A stretch of DNA of 64,000 bases from an archaeon UBA543. Its GTDB lineage: Archaea; Undinarchaeota; Undinarchaeia; Undinarchaeales; UBA543. The translations under genes were made by a program, and so were the position numbers. The DNA lies in the NCBI GenBank assembly GCA_002502135.1, contig DAPM01000017.1:5548-69547 (forward strand). Direction: 5' to 3'. Below the pieces are notes generated by a model. The model saw only the letters and a list, made by a program, of their open reading frames with translations, made no database searches and was not told the origin of the DNA. Positions 1-8,740 of the stretch are shown piece after piece; position 1 is the stretch's first letter, and each line of letters begins with the position of its first letter.

Positions 1-213
1 TCTATTCCTTGTACGGTGCCTCATAGCTTCTATTACGCCAGCACTTATGTAAACTTCAATTGGACCTTTCCCTGGATATGTATAACTAATATTATCTTCA
101 GGAGGTTCTGCTTCCATAACCTCTACTTTTGTTTCACTAACAATCTTTGGTTGTGTCTTCCTCACAATTCTTGGTGGTTTCTTCTTCACAATCCTCGGCG
201 TTGGCACTGTCAT
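1..213 (-). CDS. Hypothetical protein, partial; ORF runs off the window start
   Basis: Minus-strand ATG at 213..211 reads without a stop to position 1 (71 codons). The product contains PRIVKKKPP/PRIVRKTQP/PKIV repeats. It is absent from the ORF track because it has no stop inside the window. No family recognised. Confidence 0.25.
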   Translation of the reverse strand, partial: MTVPTPRIVKKKPPRIVRKTQPKIVSETKVEVMEAEPPEDNISYTYPGKGPIEVYISAGVIEAMRHRTRNR

Positions 214-285
214 ACTTATCCTTGTATCTGTTTTCCCTTATATCCTTTCCCAAAGTATTTATCCAGCGAAACCACAGTTTCTCTA

Positions 286-705
286 ATGAAACAGAATATT
301 ACAGCTCACGGCCATGCAAATGTACTCAGCACACACTCTACAACTATTGAAATCACAAAAGAAACAGAATTAACATCAGCTGGTGATTGTATTATTGCAA
401 TTGGGGCTTCAGCTTCCTGCGCTGACTTGAATATTGAGCTGAGGAAAGCAATTCAGGAAGGCAAGAAGATTAAAGTGACTCTGAAAGTCGGAGAAACTGA
501 GGATGTTGTTACTGGTTTTGGAAACCCTGAATTGACTTTGAAGCACACCCATGACATTGTTATTCGCAAATCAGATTTCAAATGCTCCAGAACTTTAATG
601 ATTAATTCTGACAAAGCTGCTTGTGATTTGAAACCTGAATTAATTGAGAAATTGAAGAAACCAACAAGCAAACTGAATTTTACTATTGAAGTATTAAACC
701 TATAA
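286..705 (+). CDS. DUF371-like conserved archaeal protein
   Basis: Track ORF 16..705. The N-terminal 90 aa are low-complexity (W/F/C/H-rich) and look non-coding. The internal Met at 286 gives a ~139-aa protein (MKQNITAHGHANV...GDCIIAIGAS...IVIRKSDF) that resembles DUF371 proteins from memory. Confidence 0.45.
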   Translation: MKQNITAHGHANVLSTHSTTIEITKETELTSAGDCIIAIGASASCADLNIELRKAIQEGKKIKVTLKVGETEDVVTGFGNPELTLKHTHDIVIRKSDFKCSRTLMINSDKAACDLKPELIEKLKKPTSKLNFTIEVLNL

Positions 706-1524
706 CCTTTTCCTTGTTTTATTATATTCACGTGTTATATGCGTACACACATCTCCCATATTCAATTTTCCATAATATGAAATAATCTTTCTAAGTTCCT
801 CTCTGAACTTTCTTTCATCTGTTCCACGTTCTGAATTTCCATAATCAATTATCCTAATCTTATCTTTTAATTGGAGTTTTGTGTTAGCTACATTAGTTTT
901 ATTTATGAAGACGTGAGCCCCAGGATCATCATTATGAAGTATTCCTGCTGAGTGAAGATTTGCCACTATTTGTCCAATAAGCTTGCATACAGTAACCTTT
1001 CTCTTATTAACTGTTTTCATTATTTCTGGATTGTAAATTTCTCCCCACCCTTTGGCAGGGTCTAGAAACTCCTCCTCAAACATGTAAATATTTGATTTCA
1101 TATACATGAGGTTCGTATAAATAAAATCATAAACCTCTGGCGATGCTCTTGCTTTTTCAAAAGCGTCTTTTGAAATATCATACTCTGTTTGTGATTCTCC
1201 TTCTCTATCCAGTGTTATACAATGCTCTGGTTTAACTACTCTAAACTCCCGTCTTTTTGTATAAAGAAAGACCAAATCATATTTATTATCCATTAAGTAA
1301 TTGCTTAATAACTCATACCCAGCCTCGTTGTACATAACTGTTCTTTTTTTATGAAAATCACCTTTTGCAAGATATTCTGGGTTTTTGAATATGTATATCT
1401 TCTCTGCTCCCAAATCTTTTAATGTCTTGTAGAAAACTTCAACACAAGTGTATAGTTTTCTATCCTTTCTTTGTCCAAATGGGTTTATTAATTTCCAATA
1501 ATTCTTGTAAATTCTTTCTGCCAT
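700..1524 (-). CDS. Protein-kinase-like fold protein (lipopolysaccharide/Kdo-kinase-like family)
   Basis: 274 aa. Contains LHSAGILHNDDPGAHVFI (catalytic-loop-like H-x-D) and IIDYGNSE (DFG-like), as in PKL/Kdo-kinase/RIO-type small kinases. The assignment is tentative. Confidence 0.35.
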   Translation of the reverse strand: MAERIYKNYWKLINPFGQRKDRKLYTCVEVFYKTLKDLGAEKIYIFKNPEYLAKGDFHKKRTVMYNEAGYELLSNYLMDNKYDLVFLYTKRREFRVVKPEHCITLDREGESQTEYDISKDAFEKARASPEVYDFIYTNLMYMKSNIYMFEEEFLDPAKGWGEIYNPEIMKTVNKRKVTVCKLIGQIVANLHSAGILHNDDPGAHVFINKTNVANTKLQLKDKIRIIDYGNSERGTDERKFREELRKIISYYGKLNMGDVCTHITREYNKTRKRL

Positions 1525-1558
1525 TGCATTTTTAATAGACTTTCTGAATACTTATAGC

Positions 1559-2380
1559 TTACGCGCTCTCTTTAAACTTCAACACATTCTGATCTAATTC
1601 AACACCCAAATCATTAGCAACAGGCTCACACTTTGCCTTCAGCATAAACAAAATCCTTCTTGGATTCTCACTCAAGGTTTCGTAATGCCCCATCCCCTTT
1701 GCAATTACCAAGTCAGCTGTTTCAAATTCTTTCAAAAACTCTTCAGAAGCTTCAACAAGATTTGTTCCAATACAATCAGTTCCAATTGAAATCACTTTAC
1801 AATATTTTTCATAACCAGCTTCCTTTAAATCAGTAACAGTAGCATCATTAGTAATGTCACTTTCTTTTCCAGCAACAATAACGTCAGCTTCTATTTTCTT
1901 AATAAACAGCAAATCAAACAAATGCTCCCCGCAATTGTCTGTTAAATACAAAATCTTCTTTCCTTTTTGGAAATATTTCTTAGCCTTGTCAAAATCATCA
2001 ATCGCCAGTTTAATATTGAATGCATCAGCAACATTTTCCAACTCCTGCTCACTTCTTACAGTAACAACATCAACAAAATTACCAGCTACAGCAGATCGGC
2101 AAGCATCTTTCAGGGTTTTAATAGTTGGCTCAACTTCTTTCAGGATTTCAGTAGCTGCTTCAGTGCCTTCCTGTTTCTCCCCTGCAAATGGGTTCTTGCC
2201 AGTCTCTTTCATTATCAATCTGTGAAAAACAGTGCCTTCTGTTGCAGGAATACCTTGGATGTGCTCTTTAGAATATTTCAATGCCTCTTGTTTAACTTCT
2301 TCAGAAACTTTTCCTAATGTCACAGCTCGCTCTATCTGCTGTTTCTGGCACTCCAAGCAATATTTCGGGTCACTTTTCAT
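1559..2380 (-). CDS. DUF89 (ARMT1-like) damage-control phosphatase family protein
   Basis: 273 aa. The YLTDNCGEHLFDLLFIKK...IAKGMGHYETL arrangement matches DUF89 architecture (D-N-x-G-E plus later acidic motifs). Confidence 0.5.
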   Translation of the reverse strand: MKSDPKYCLECQKQQIERAVTLGKVSEEVKQEALKYSKEHIQGIPATEGTVFHRLIMKETGKNPFAGEKQEGTEAATEILKEVEPTIKTLKDACRSAVAGNFVDVVTVRSEQELENVADAFNIKLAIDDFDKAKKYFQKGKKILYLTDNCGEHLFDLLFIKKIEADVIVAGKESDITNDATVTDLKEAGYEKYCKVISIGTDCIGTNLVEASEEFLKEFETADLVIAKGMGHYETLSENPRRILFMLKAKCEPVANDLGVELDQNVLKFKESA

Positions 2381-3378
2381 TTACTTAAAACAGTTCTCCC
2401 AGTCTTTGTAACCAAAATATCATCCTCAATCCTGATTCCGAACTTCCCTTTAATGTAAACACCAGGCTCTACAGTGAAAACCATGCCCGGCTCCAAAACA
2501 GTTTCGAACTTCTTGCCAATATATGGCCACTCATGAATTGTCAAGCCAATTCCATGTCCAGTTGAATGTCTGAGTGTGTACCCGTTCTTTTTCAAATGGT
2601 TTGAGCAGATGTTATCAATCTCTTTAGCTGTTTTACCAGGAGCAACAGCGTCAATAGCAAGTTCCTGAGCTTCTTTAACAATCTCATATGCTTTTTCAAA
2701 ACTCTTATCTCTCTTCAGCCGAACCGTTCTTGTTAAATCAGCATGATAACCTTTCCACTTTGCTCCAATATCGCATAACAGGCAAACTCCATTCTTATCT
2801 TTAGTCGGTTTAGCATGCGGAAGTGCCGCATTCTTGCCATAAGAAATTATTGGATCAAAAGACCATCTGGCTTCTTTCCGCCTCAGAAACGCTGACATAT
2901 CTGCAGAAATATCCAATTCACTTTTTCCAGGAACCGCCAGCTTGAACATTTCTTTTGTCAGGCTTATTGCTTTCCTCAATTTCGCAACCTCAGCAGGAGT
3001 TTTAATTGCCATCATCTTCACAAGCTCCCTAGAAACATCCTTAATCAGAATATTGTGCTTTTTCAGAAACTTGTAAATCTCAAAAGGAAGAGCCTTTCCA
3101 TTAATCCCTACTGTTTTCCCTTTCATCTTTTTGAAAATACTCTCAAAACTTTTCTTCGGCCTTGCTATAACATTCAACTCTGAATCTTTTTTTGCTCTAG
3201 GAGTCTCAAAACCAGAAACATAAACTTTCTGCGTCGAACTGCCCATATAAACAGCTTTTTCGTAATCAAGCAAGCCGGTCATGTAGCTGAAAGCCGGGTC
3301 TATCAAGTGCAGTTTTGGGCTGACAAGAACTAGTGCATCCAATTCTTTTTCTTTCAACAGAGGCTTGATGTTAATCAC
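2377..3378 (-). CDS. Xaa-Pro aminopeptidase / M24 metallopeptidase (creatinase-prolidase fold)
   Basis: 333 aa. C-terminal pita-bread motifs HSTGHGIGLTIHEWP and FTVEPGVYI...GIRIEDDILV. Confidence 0.85.
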   Translation of the reverse strand: MINIKPLLKEKELDALVLVSPKLHLIDPAFSYMTGLLDYEKAVYMGSSTQKVYVSGFETPRAKKDSELNVIARPKKSFESIFKKMKGKTVGINGKALPFEIYKFLKKHNILIKDVSRELVKMMAIKTPAEVAKLRKAISLTKEMFKLAVPGKSELDISADMSAFLRRKEARWSFDPIISYGKNAALPHAKPTKDKNGVCLLCDIGAKWKGYHADLTRTVRLKRDKSFEKAYEIVKEAQELAIDAVAPGKTAKEIDNICSNHLKKNGYTLRHSTGHGIGLTIHEWPYIGKKFETVLEPGMVFTVEPGVYIKGKFGIRIEDDILVTKTGRTVLSK

Positions 3379-3409
3379 AATTAGAATTAGTCTTTAAGCG
3401 TATTAAAGC

Positions 3410-3775
3410 TTAGTGATTTGCAATATGCTTCAGCTTTTCAGCGTGGATTAACTGGTTTTTGTTATGGTCGTAGAAGTGCCGCAGGAACTCCCTTCCAGCT
3501 GCTTCAATACCGAATTCTTTCTCAAATTTCTCCAGTGCTGCAATATGATGCCTGTTTCCAGGTTTTTCAACAAACCGAACCATCTTTTCCAAGTCAGTGT
3601 CTGTTAGTTGATCCAGTGCTTCAGCGTATTTGTCTCCTAGAATCTTGTGCTGGTCAATAGAAGTTCTGAGTTTTGCAATATGATCCTGCACATCTGCGTG
3701 CATTGGTGTGATTTTTGTTAGAATATGAAGTATTTCGTCAAAGAATTGGCTGATTTCTGCGTGGTCTGGGGTCAT
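3410..3775 (-). CDS. Hypothetical small helical protein
   Basis: 121-aa ORF, overlaps the next gene by 4 nt (operon-like). No family recognised. Confidence 0.35.
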   Translation of the reverse strand: MTPDHAEISQFFDEILHILTKITPMHADVQDHIAKLRTSIDQHKILGDKYAEALDQLTDTDLEKMVRFVEKPGNRHHIAALEKFEKEFGIEAAGREFLRHFYDHNKNQLIHAEKLKHIANH

Positions 3776-4389
3776 TTGTATCCAAAAAGTTCTTTTGCAA
3801 AATTTTTCTTTAGGTTATTTGTTCCTTTATCAATATTATCTAAAAGCTCTATTTTTTTCTTTGCATCACTATTAAAAAGAGTTTGACAAATTATTATCTG
3901 TTCTCTAAGTGCTGTTAAAAACTCTTTCAATATATCTTGTTCTTCTGTATCTTTATCGGTGTAAAATTTTATAGTATTGTTATATGTGTCCTCAAGTTCT
4001 GTTAGTTCTTTTCCGTGTTTCTCTCCAAGCTCTTCCTGTATTGATTTATGTTTTTCCAAAAAATCTATCATTTGGTCCTGAAGTTCTTTTGGGGTATGTT
4101 TTAAAAGGTATTTTTTATTTAAGTTAGAGATAGTTTCTAAAGTCTCAAATGTGTGCATAAACTGGTAAATACTCTCTTCACCTTTTTTTAATTCTTCTTT
4201 TAATTCTGTCGGCACATTCATATCTAAAAGTACTTCTTGCATTCCCATAATTATCTGTGCTCTAGTGAAATATATATTAAAATCGACATTGAGTGTTTTT
4301 TCCCATAATAAATCAACATGTATCCAATCTTTTAATAATTCCTTTACCAAGAATGGACTTATCTTCGTCTTGAGTTTTTCAAATTTCAT
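3772..4389 (-). CDS. Hypothetical coiled-coil protein
   Basis: Track ORF 3772..4494 runs into the tRNA-Leu gene. Trimmed to the internal Met (MKFEKLKTK...) at 4389. The product is lysine/glutamate-rich. Confidence 0.35.
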   Translation of the reverse strand: MKFEKLKTKISPFLVKELLKDWIHVDLLWEKTLNVDFNIYFTRAQIIMGMQEVLLDMNVPTELKEELKKGEESIYQFMHTFETLETISNLNKKYLLKHTPKELQDQMIDFLEKHKSIQEELGEKHGKELTELEDTYNNTIKFYTDKDTEEQDILKEFLTALREQIIICQTLFNSDAKKKIELLDNIDKGTNNLKKNFAKELFGYK

Positions 4390-4424
4390 TGTGTTCTCTT
4401 GTATTACTTCATATAAATAATTAA

Positions 4425-4510
4425 TGCGGGAGAAGAGATTCGAACTCTCGAAGGCACTAAGCCACAGCGACCTGAACGCTGCACATTTGACCAAACTTTG
4501 CTACCCCCGC
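4425..4510 (-). tRNA. tRNA-Leu (anticodon CAG), type II with a long variable arm
   Basis: The reverse complement folds into a cloverleaf: acceptor GCGGGGG/CTCCCGC (one G-U), 3-bp D-stem, anticodon stem CAGCG/CGCTG with loop TTCAGGT (anticodon CAG), variable arm GGC-TTAGT-GCC, T-arm GAGAG-TTCGAAT-CTCTT, discriminator A. CCA is not encoded. Confidence 0.85.
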
Positions 4511-4547
4511 AATAACTTTTTCTATAAAATCGCTATTTAATAAGCTT

Positions 4548-4865
4548 TTACACAGGTCGTCCAGCATTAACAAAAGTAACAGTATCAACACCATCAACTT
4601 CATTCAAAGCCTGTTCCAGTGCATCCTGTGACCCACCAGCATCTGGTATTTCATAAGTAGCAACAACTTTCTTAGTTCCAAAAACAAAATCCTGAACTTC
4701 AATTGCACCAACATTGCAGTAATACTGCTCGTCCACACTCTCATCTTTAGAGCTAGGCCCGGAGCCAATTATAGTAACTCCTTTCAGCTTCTCAGCAACA
4801 ACGTCGGCTCCCGCCTGGTCGTTCTGGCTTGGTACAACATCGTAAACAATTATTACGCTTCCCAT
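4548..4865 (-). CDS. Hypothetical protein (small alpha/beta protein)
   Basis: Track ORF 4548..4889. The likely start is MGSVIIVYDVV at 4865, immediately after the stop of the upstream Zn-ribbon gene (TAAAAATG). Confidence 0.35.
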   Translation of the reverse strand: MGSVIIVYDVVPSQNDQAGADVVAEKLKGVTIIGSGPSSKDESVDEQYYCNVGAIEVQDFVFGTKKVVATYEIPDAGGSQDALEQALNEVDGVDTVTFVNAGRPV

Positions 4866-4867
4866 TT

Positions 4868-5029
4868 TTAAGGTCCCACAAATTTGCATTTAGAGCAAGT
4901 GTACTCTCTAGACAGCTTCTTGCACCTCTGGCATCTTCCAATCACAATGTCGCTGCAACCAGGGCACTTGAATTCTGCTTTCACTTCTTCTGCTTCGAGA
5001 TTTGCTCCGCAACTAGTACATGTAGTCAT
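4868..5029 (-). CDS. Small Zn-ribbon protein (two CxxC pairs)
   Basis: 53-aa ORF missed by the ORF track: MTTCTSCGANLEAEEVKAEFKCPGCSDIVIGRCQRCKKLSREYTCSKCKFVGP. It has CxxC...CxxC...CxxC...CxxC Zn-ribbon spacing and is tightly coupled to the downstream gene. Confidence 0.5.
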   Translation of the reverse strand: MTTCTSCGANLEAEEVKAEFKCPGCSDIVIGRCQRCKKLSREYTCSKCKFVGP

Positions 5030-5132
5030 AGTAGGGTTTTGTATAAAATGGGTTGGTTATAAATGTTATTGTTTACCTGCCCCTACAAATCCAATTTACA
5101 TAATGCTTTTAAACTAAATTTAGGACTATTTC

Positions 5133-5798
5133 TTGTTCAAAATGGGACTAGTGATTTTAAATTTCAAGGCGTATGAAGAAGCAACAGGCTCTAAAGCAGA
5201 GGAACTCTCAAAAATCTGCAAAGAGACAGCTGAAGCAACAGGAGCTCGGATTATAGTGGCTCCGCAAACAGCAGATATTCTAAGAACTTCTCCATTAATT
5301 GAGACTATTGCACAGTCTGCAAGTTCTATAAAACCAGGATCTGGCACAGGTTCTAATCTTGTTGAATCTCTGAAACAAGCTGGAGCAGTTGGCTCAATTC
5401 TGAACCACTCAGAACACAGAATTCCGCACATGCAGATTTCTGAAACAGTTCTGAGACTAAAAGAAGCTGGAATGATTAGTGTTGTCTGTGCTCAGGACGA
5501 TGAAGAAGCCAAGGCTTTGGCAGAATTCGCTCCAGATTACATTGCAGTTGAGCCTCCAGAACTAATTGGCTCAGGTGTTTCAGTATCACAATCAAAACCA
5601 GAAGTAGTTACCAAAACAGTTGAAAATATAAAACAGGTTAATCCTGATGTTAAGGTACTCTGCGGTGCAGGAATCTCAAACGGATCTGATGTGAAAAAAG
5701 CATTGGAACTTGGTGTTGATGGTGTTCTGCTTGCAAGCGCTTTCACAAAAGCAGCTGACCCAAGGGCAGTGCTTCTGGATATTTGTGGTGGATTATAA
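5133..5798 (+). CDS. tpiA: Triosephosphate isomerase (archaeal short type)
   Basis: 221 aa, the typical archaeal TIM length. Motifs NFKAY, SEHR and GAGIS... are present. Its stop overlaps the pgk start (TAATG). Confidence 0.85.
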   Translation: MFKMGLVILNFKAYEEATGSKAEELSKICKETAEATGARIIVAPQTADILRTSPLIETIAQSASSIKPGSGTGSNLVESLKQAGAVGSILNHSEHRIPHMQISETVLRLKEAGMISVVCAQDDEEAKALAEFAPDYIAVEPPELIGSGVSVSQSKPEVVTKTVENIKQVNPDVKVLCGAGISNGSDVKKALELGVDGVLLASAFTKAADPRAVLLDICGGL

Positions 5799-7021
5799 TG
5801 GCTTTCAAAACTATTGACAACTTTGACTTCAAGGGCAAAACAGTCCTTGTCCGTGTGGATATAAATTGTCCAATTGATCCTGAAACTAATGAGTTCCTGG
5901 ACACACGAAGAGTACGAATTCACACTAAAACCATCAAAGAGCTTTCAGATAAGGGTGGCAAAGTTGTTGTTTTAGCTCACCAAGGCAGACCAGGCTCTGA
6001 ATACGACTTTACAAGCCTGGAAAAGCACGCTGAAGAGCTTTCAAAGCACACAGGCAACGGTGTCAAGTACATTCCTGATGTTATTGGTCCTACTGCTCAA
6101 GCAGCAATAAAGGCCATGCAGGACGGCGACATTATTGTTCTTGAAAATGTCAGATTCCTGGCTGAAGAACTGCTCAAAAGACCTTCAGATGTGCAGGCTA
6201 ATACTCACTTTGTGAAAACACTAGCACCACTTGCAGACTACTTTGTGTGCGATGCTTTTGCAACAGCACACAGGTCACAGCCTTCAATTGTCGGATTCAC
6301 AGAAGTTCTTCCATCCTGCGCAGGTCGGGTAATGCAAGAAGAAGTTGAAGTAATGGCAAAAGTCTTGGAATCAAACAAAAAGCCAGCAATTTACATTGCC
6401 GGCGGAGCAAAAGTAAAGAGTTCACTTAGGGTTATTAAAACTTTCCTGGAATATGGAGTAATGGACAAAATCCTGACAAGCGGACTTGTAGCTTCTGTTT
6501 TCCTTTCAGCAAAAGGATATGATATTCCTGGAAAAGATTACATTGACAATTACGAAACTCACCTGAAAACAGCAAAAGAATTACTTGCAGAATACTCAAC
6601 TCAGATTGAAATTCCAATGGATCTTGCACTTGACAAACAGGGCAAAAGGTTTGAAGTAGCACTTTCAGAAATGCCACTTCCTTACAAAGTTGCAGATATT
6701 GGAAACGGCACAATCGGAAGGTACAAGTACATTATTGAAAACGCAGGCACAATTATTGCAAATGGCCCAGCTGGTGTTTTCGAAGAAGCTGCATTTGAAA
6801 AAGGGACAATGGAAATTGTAAAATCAATAGCAGAAGCAGATGCTTTCTCAGTAGTCGGAGGCGGACACATTGCAATTGCAATTGTGAAAGCAGGTCTTGA
6901 GGATAAAATAACTCACATCAGCACTGGTGGCGGAGCTTGCATAACTCACTTGGCTGGAATAAAGTTGTGGGCTTTGGATGCACTTGAGCGAGCTGCTCAA
7001 AAAGAGGTCAAAAATGATTAA
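5798..7021 (+). CDS. pgk: Phosphoglycerate kinase
   Basis: Start set at MAFKTIDNFDF. The PGK N-domain (RVDINCP..., HQGRPG) and C-domain (GGGACITHLAG) are present. Confidence 0.9.
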   Translation: MAFKTIDNFDFKGKTVLVRVDINCPIDPETNEFLDTRRVRIHTKTIKELSDKGGKVVVLAHQGRPGSEYDFTSLEKHAEELSKHTGNGVKYIPDVIGPTAQAAIKAMQDGDIIVLENVRFLAEELLKRPSDVQANTHFVKTLAPLADYFVCDAFATAHRSQPSIVGFTEVLPSCAGRVMQEEVEVMAKVLESNKKPAIYIAGGAKVKSSLRVIKTFLEYGVMDKILTSGLVASVFLSAKGYDIPGKDYIDNYETHLKTAKELLAEYSTQIEIPMDLALDKQGKRFEVALSEMPLPYKVADIGNGTIGRYKYIIENAGTIIANGPAGVFEEAAFEKGTMEIVKSIAEADAFSVVGGGHIAIAIVKAGLEDKITHISTGGGACITHLAGIKLWALDALERAAQKEVKND

Positions 7022-8027
7022 AGTCGGAATTAATGGATACGGAACAATTGGAAAACGCGTTGCAGATGCGGTTTCCAAGCAGGATGACATGGAAATTGTC
7101 GGTGTTACAAAGACTCGCCCTACTTGGGAAGCAAAAAATGCAATCAAAGCAGGCTACAAACTATTCTGCGGAATTCCAGATAATGTAAATAATTTCAAGG
7201 AAGCTGGAATTGAGCTAGCTGGAGACATTAATGATTTGCTAGGTCAGTGCGATATTATGATTGATTGTTCTCCAAAAAAGATTGGAGCTGAAAATTTGGA
7301 GAAATATTACAAACCACAAGGCATCAAGGCAATTTACCAGGGTGCTGTGAAACACGATGCAATTGGGGAGAGCTTTAATGCACAGTCTAATTACGATTCA
7401 GCAAAAGGAAAACAGAATGTTAGAGTTGTTTCCTGTAATACCACAGGGCTCAGCAGAGTTCTTGGAGCTTTAGACAAGGCTTACGGAGTAAAGAAAGCTA
7501 GAGTTGTGCTAGTTCGAAGAGCTTCCGATCCTGGCAGTTCAAAGAGCGGGCCTGTTGATGGAATTGTTCCAAACCCAATAACAGTGCCAAGTCATCACGG
7601 TCCTGATGTTCTAACTGTTCTTCCAAAGTTGAATATTGTTACAAGCGCATTCAAAGTTTCAAGCACTTTCATGCACGCCCATTCACTTATGATAGAATTG
7701 GACAAGGAAGTTTCAGCAGAAGAAGTTAAAGAACTTTTCAAGAAAACACCACGCTTGCTTATGGTTAATTCTTCAGAGGGATTGACTTCAACAGCAGAGT
7801 TGATGGAATTTGCACGAGACTTTGGCAGACCAAGGTATGATATGTATGAGAACCTAGTCTGGGAAGACTCAATTGGAGTTGAAGGCAATGAATTGTACTT
7901 CTTCCAGGCAGTTCCGCAAGAATCCATAGTTATTCCAGAAAATATTGATTGTATTCGCGCAATGTGCAGTGATGTTAGTGCAGAAGAGAGTATGGAGAAG
8001 ACTAACAAAACACTTGGAATTAAATAA
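7014..8027 (+). CDS. gap: Glyceraldehyde-3-phosphate dehydrogenase, archaeal type II
   Basis: Start MIKVGINGYGTIGKRVADAV is the archaeal GAPDH N-terminus. There is an 8-nt overlap with pgk, consistent with translational coupling. Confidence 0.9.
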   Translation: MIKVGINGYGTIGKRVADAVSKQDDMEIVGVTKTRPTWEAKNAIKAGYKLFCGIPDNVNNFKEAGIELAGDINDLLGQCDIMIDCSPKKIGAENLEKYYKPQGIKAIYQGAVKHDAIGESFNAQSNYDSAKGKQNVRVVSCNTTGLSRVLGALDKAYGVKKARVVLVRRASDPGSSKSGPVDGIVPNPITVPSHHGPDVLTVLPKLNIVTSAFKVSSTFMHAHSLMIELDKEVSAEEVKELFKKTPRLLMVNSSEGLTSTAELMEFARDFGRPRYDMYENLVWEDSIGVEGNELYFFQAVPQESIVIPENIDCIRAMCSDVSAEESMEKTNKTLGIK

Positions 8028-8667
8028 ACCCAACCAAATATCCATAAATCAACATTCCAACATACTTCACTAACCACCAATTAAACAGAAAAGCAACTGA
8101 GGTTCCAATTACATATTTTGACAACGGAGTTTTCATTGGGAATATAATTCTTAGCATCAGCAATAATCCGAGCCACGGGCCATACAAAATCAAATAGTAA
8201 AACGGAAGATTGGAAACAACAACACCGACACTAATCACCTGAACAAACACACCCATCACACTAATTGAAATAACACTATACCCCAACTGTTTCAAAATAT
8301 TTCTTTCCCCAGCTCTGAAAAAACTCTTTAATGGAATATCGGCCATGTAAAGCCACATCCTTAACGGAACCGACAGTAGTCTAAGCACAAGCGCTGTAAT
8401 CGGCCCAAGAGTCAGCACAATCATAAACAGCAAAAAATACGAAAACCGAATCCCAAACTCAGTAAACCTTGTCATTCTAGAAATTGTCAGAAGCAACAAA
8501 AGCCCAACATACAATCCAAGCAAACCCCAATTAACAAAAGAAGCTGCACCAACAAGTAATTTCCAAACCAAATAAACAATAGACAATCCAAAAACAACAA
8601 CAGTCAGCACTATTTTCCAAGGCTCCAGCTTGAACAGAAAGTCTTTAAAGCTCGATTTCCTCTTCAT
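8020..8667 (-). CDS. Hypothetical polytopic membrane protein
   Basis: 215 aa with about 6 hydrophobic segments. No family recognised. Confidence 0.4.
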   Translation of the reverse strand: MKRKSSFKDFLFKLEPWKIVLTVVVFGLSIVYLVWKLLVGAASFVNWGLLGLYVGLLLLLTISRMTRFTEFGIRFSYFLLFMIVLTLGPITALVLRLLSVPLRMWLYMADIPLKSFFRAGERNILKQLGYSVISISVMGVFVQVISVGVVVSNLPFYYLILYGPWLGLLLMLRIIFPMKTPLSKYVIGTSVAFLFNWWLVKYVGMLIYGYLVGFI

Positions 8668-8740
8668 TTCTTTCTTTCTGGTTTGTCCTCATAATTTATA
8701 TAATACTTGGTATTTAATATAGGAAAAGGGGGAGATACAT

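Noticed and set aside
16-285. N-terminal 90 codons of track ORF 16..705 (W/F/C-rich MPHSFYYASTYVNFNWTFPW...)
   Set aside because: This is a low-complexity, implausible protein sequence. The conserved DUF371-like part begins at the internal Met at 286, and the opposite strand of 1..213 carries a more plausible partial ORF.
1854-2317. Antisense ORFs inside annotated genes (for example 1854..2225, 1967..2317, 5537..5923, 11490..11819, 19319..19594, 41529..42058, 47679..48380, 59039..59665 and many others in the track)
   Set aside because: These lie entirely within, and opposite to, well-supported coding sequences with recognisable motifs. They are serine/leucine/phenylalanine-rich low-complexity translations, the typical shadow ORFs of AT-rich genes.
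4390-4494. 5' extension of ORF 3772..4494 into the tRNA-Leu gene
   Set aside because: It overlaps the structurally well-supported tRNA on the same strand, so the ORF was trimmed to the internal Met at 4389.
4425-4510. Possible intron in the 86-nt tRNA
   Set aside because: The length is fully explained by a type-II long variable arm (GGC-TTAGT-GCC) with a canonical 7-nt anticodon loop. No bulge-helix-bulge is needed.
4425-4510. tRNA-Leu as an integration site for the glycosylation island
   Set aside because: The island begins about 9 kb away with housekeeping genes in between. No integrase, direct repeat of the tRNA 3' end, or other mobility gene is visible.
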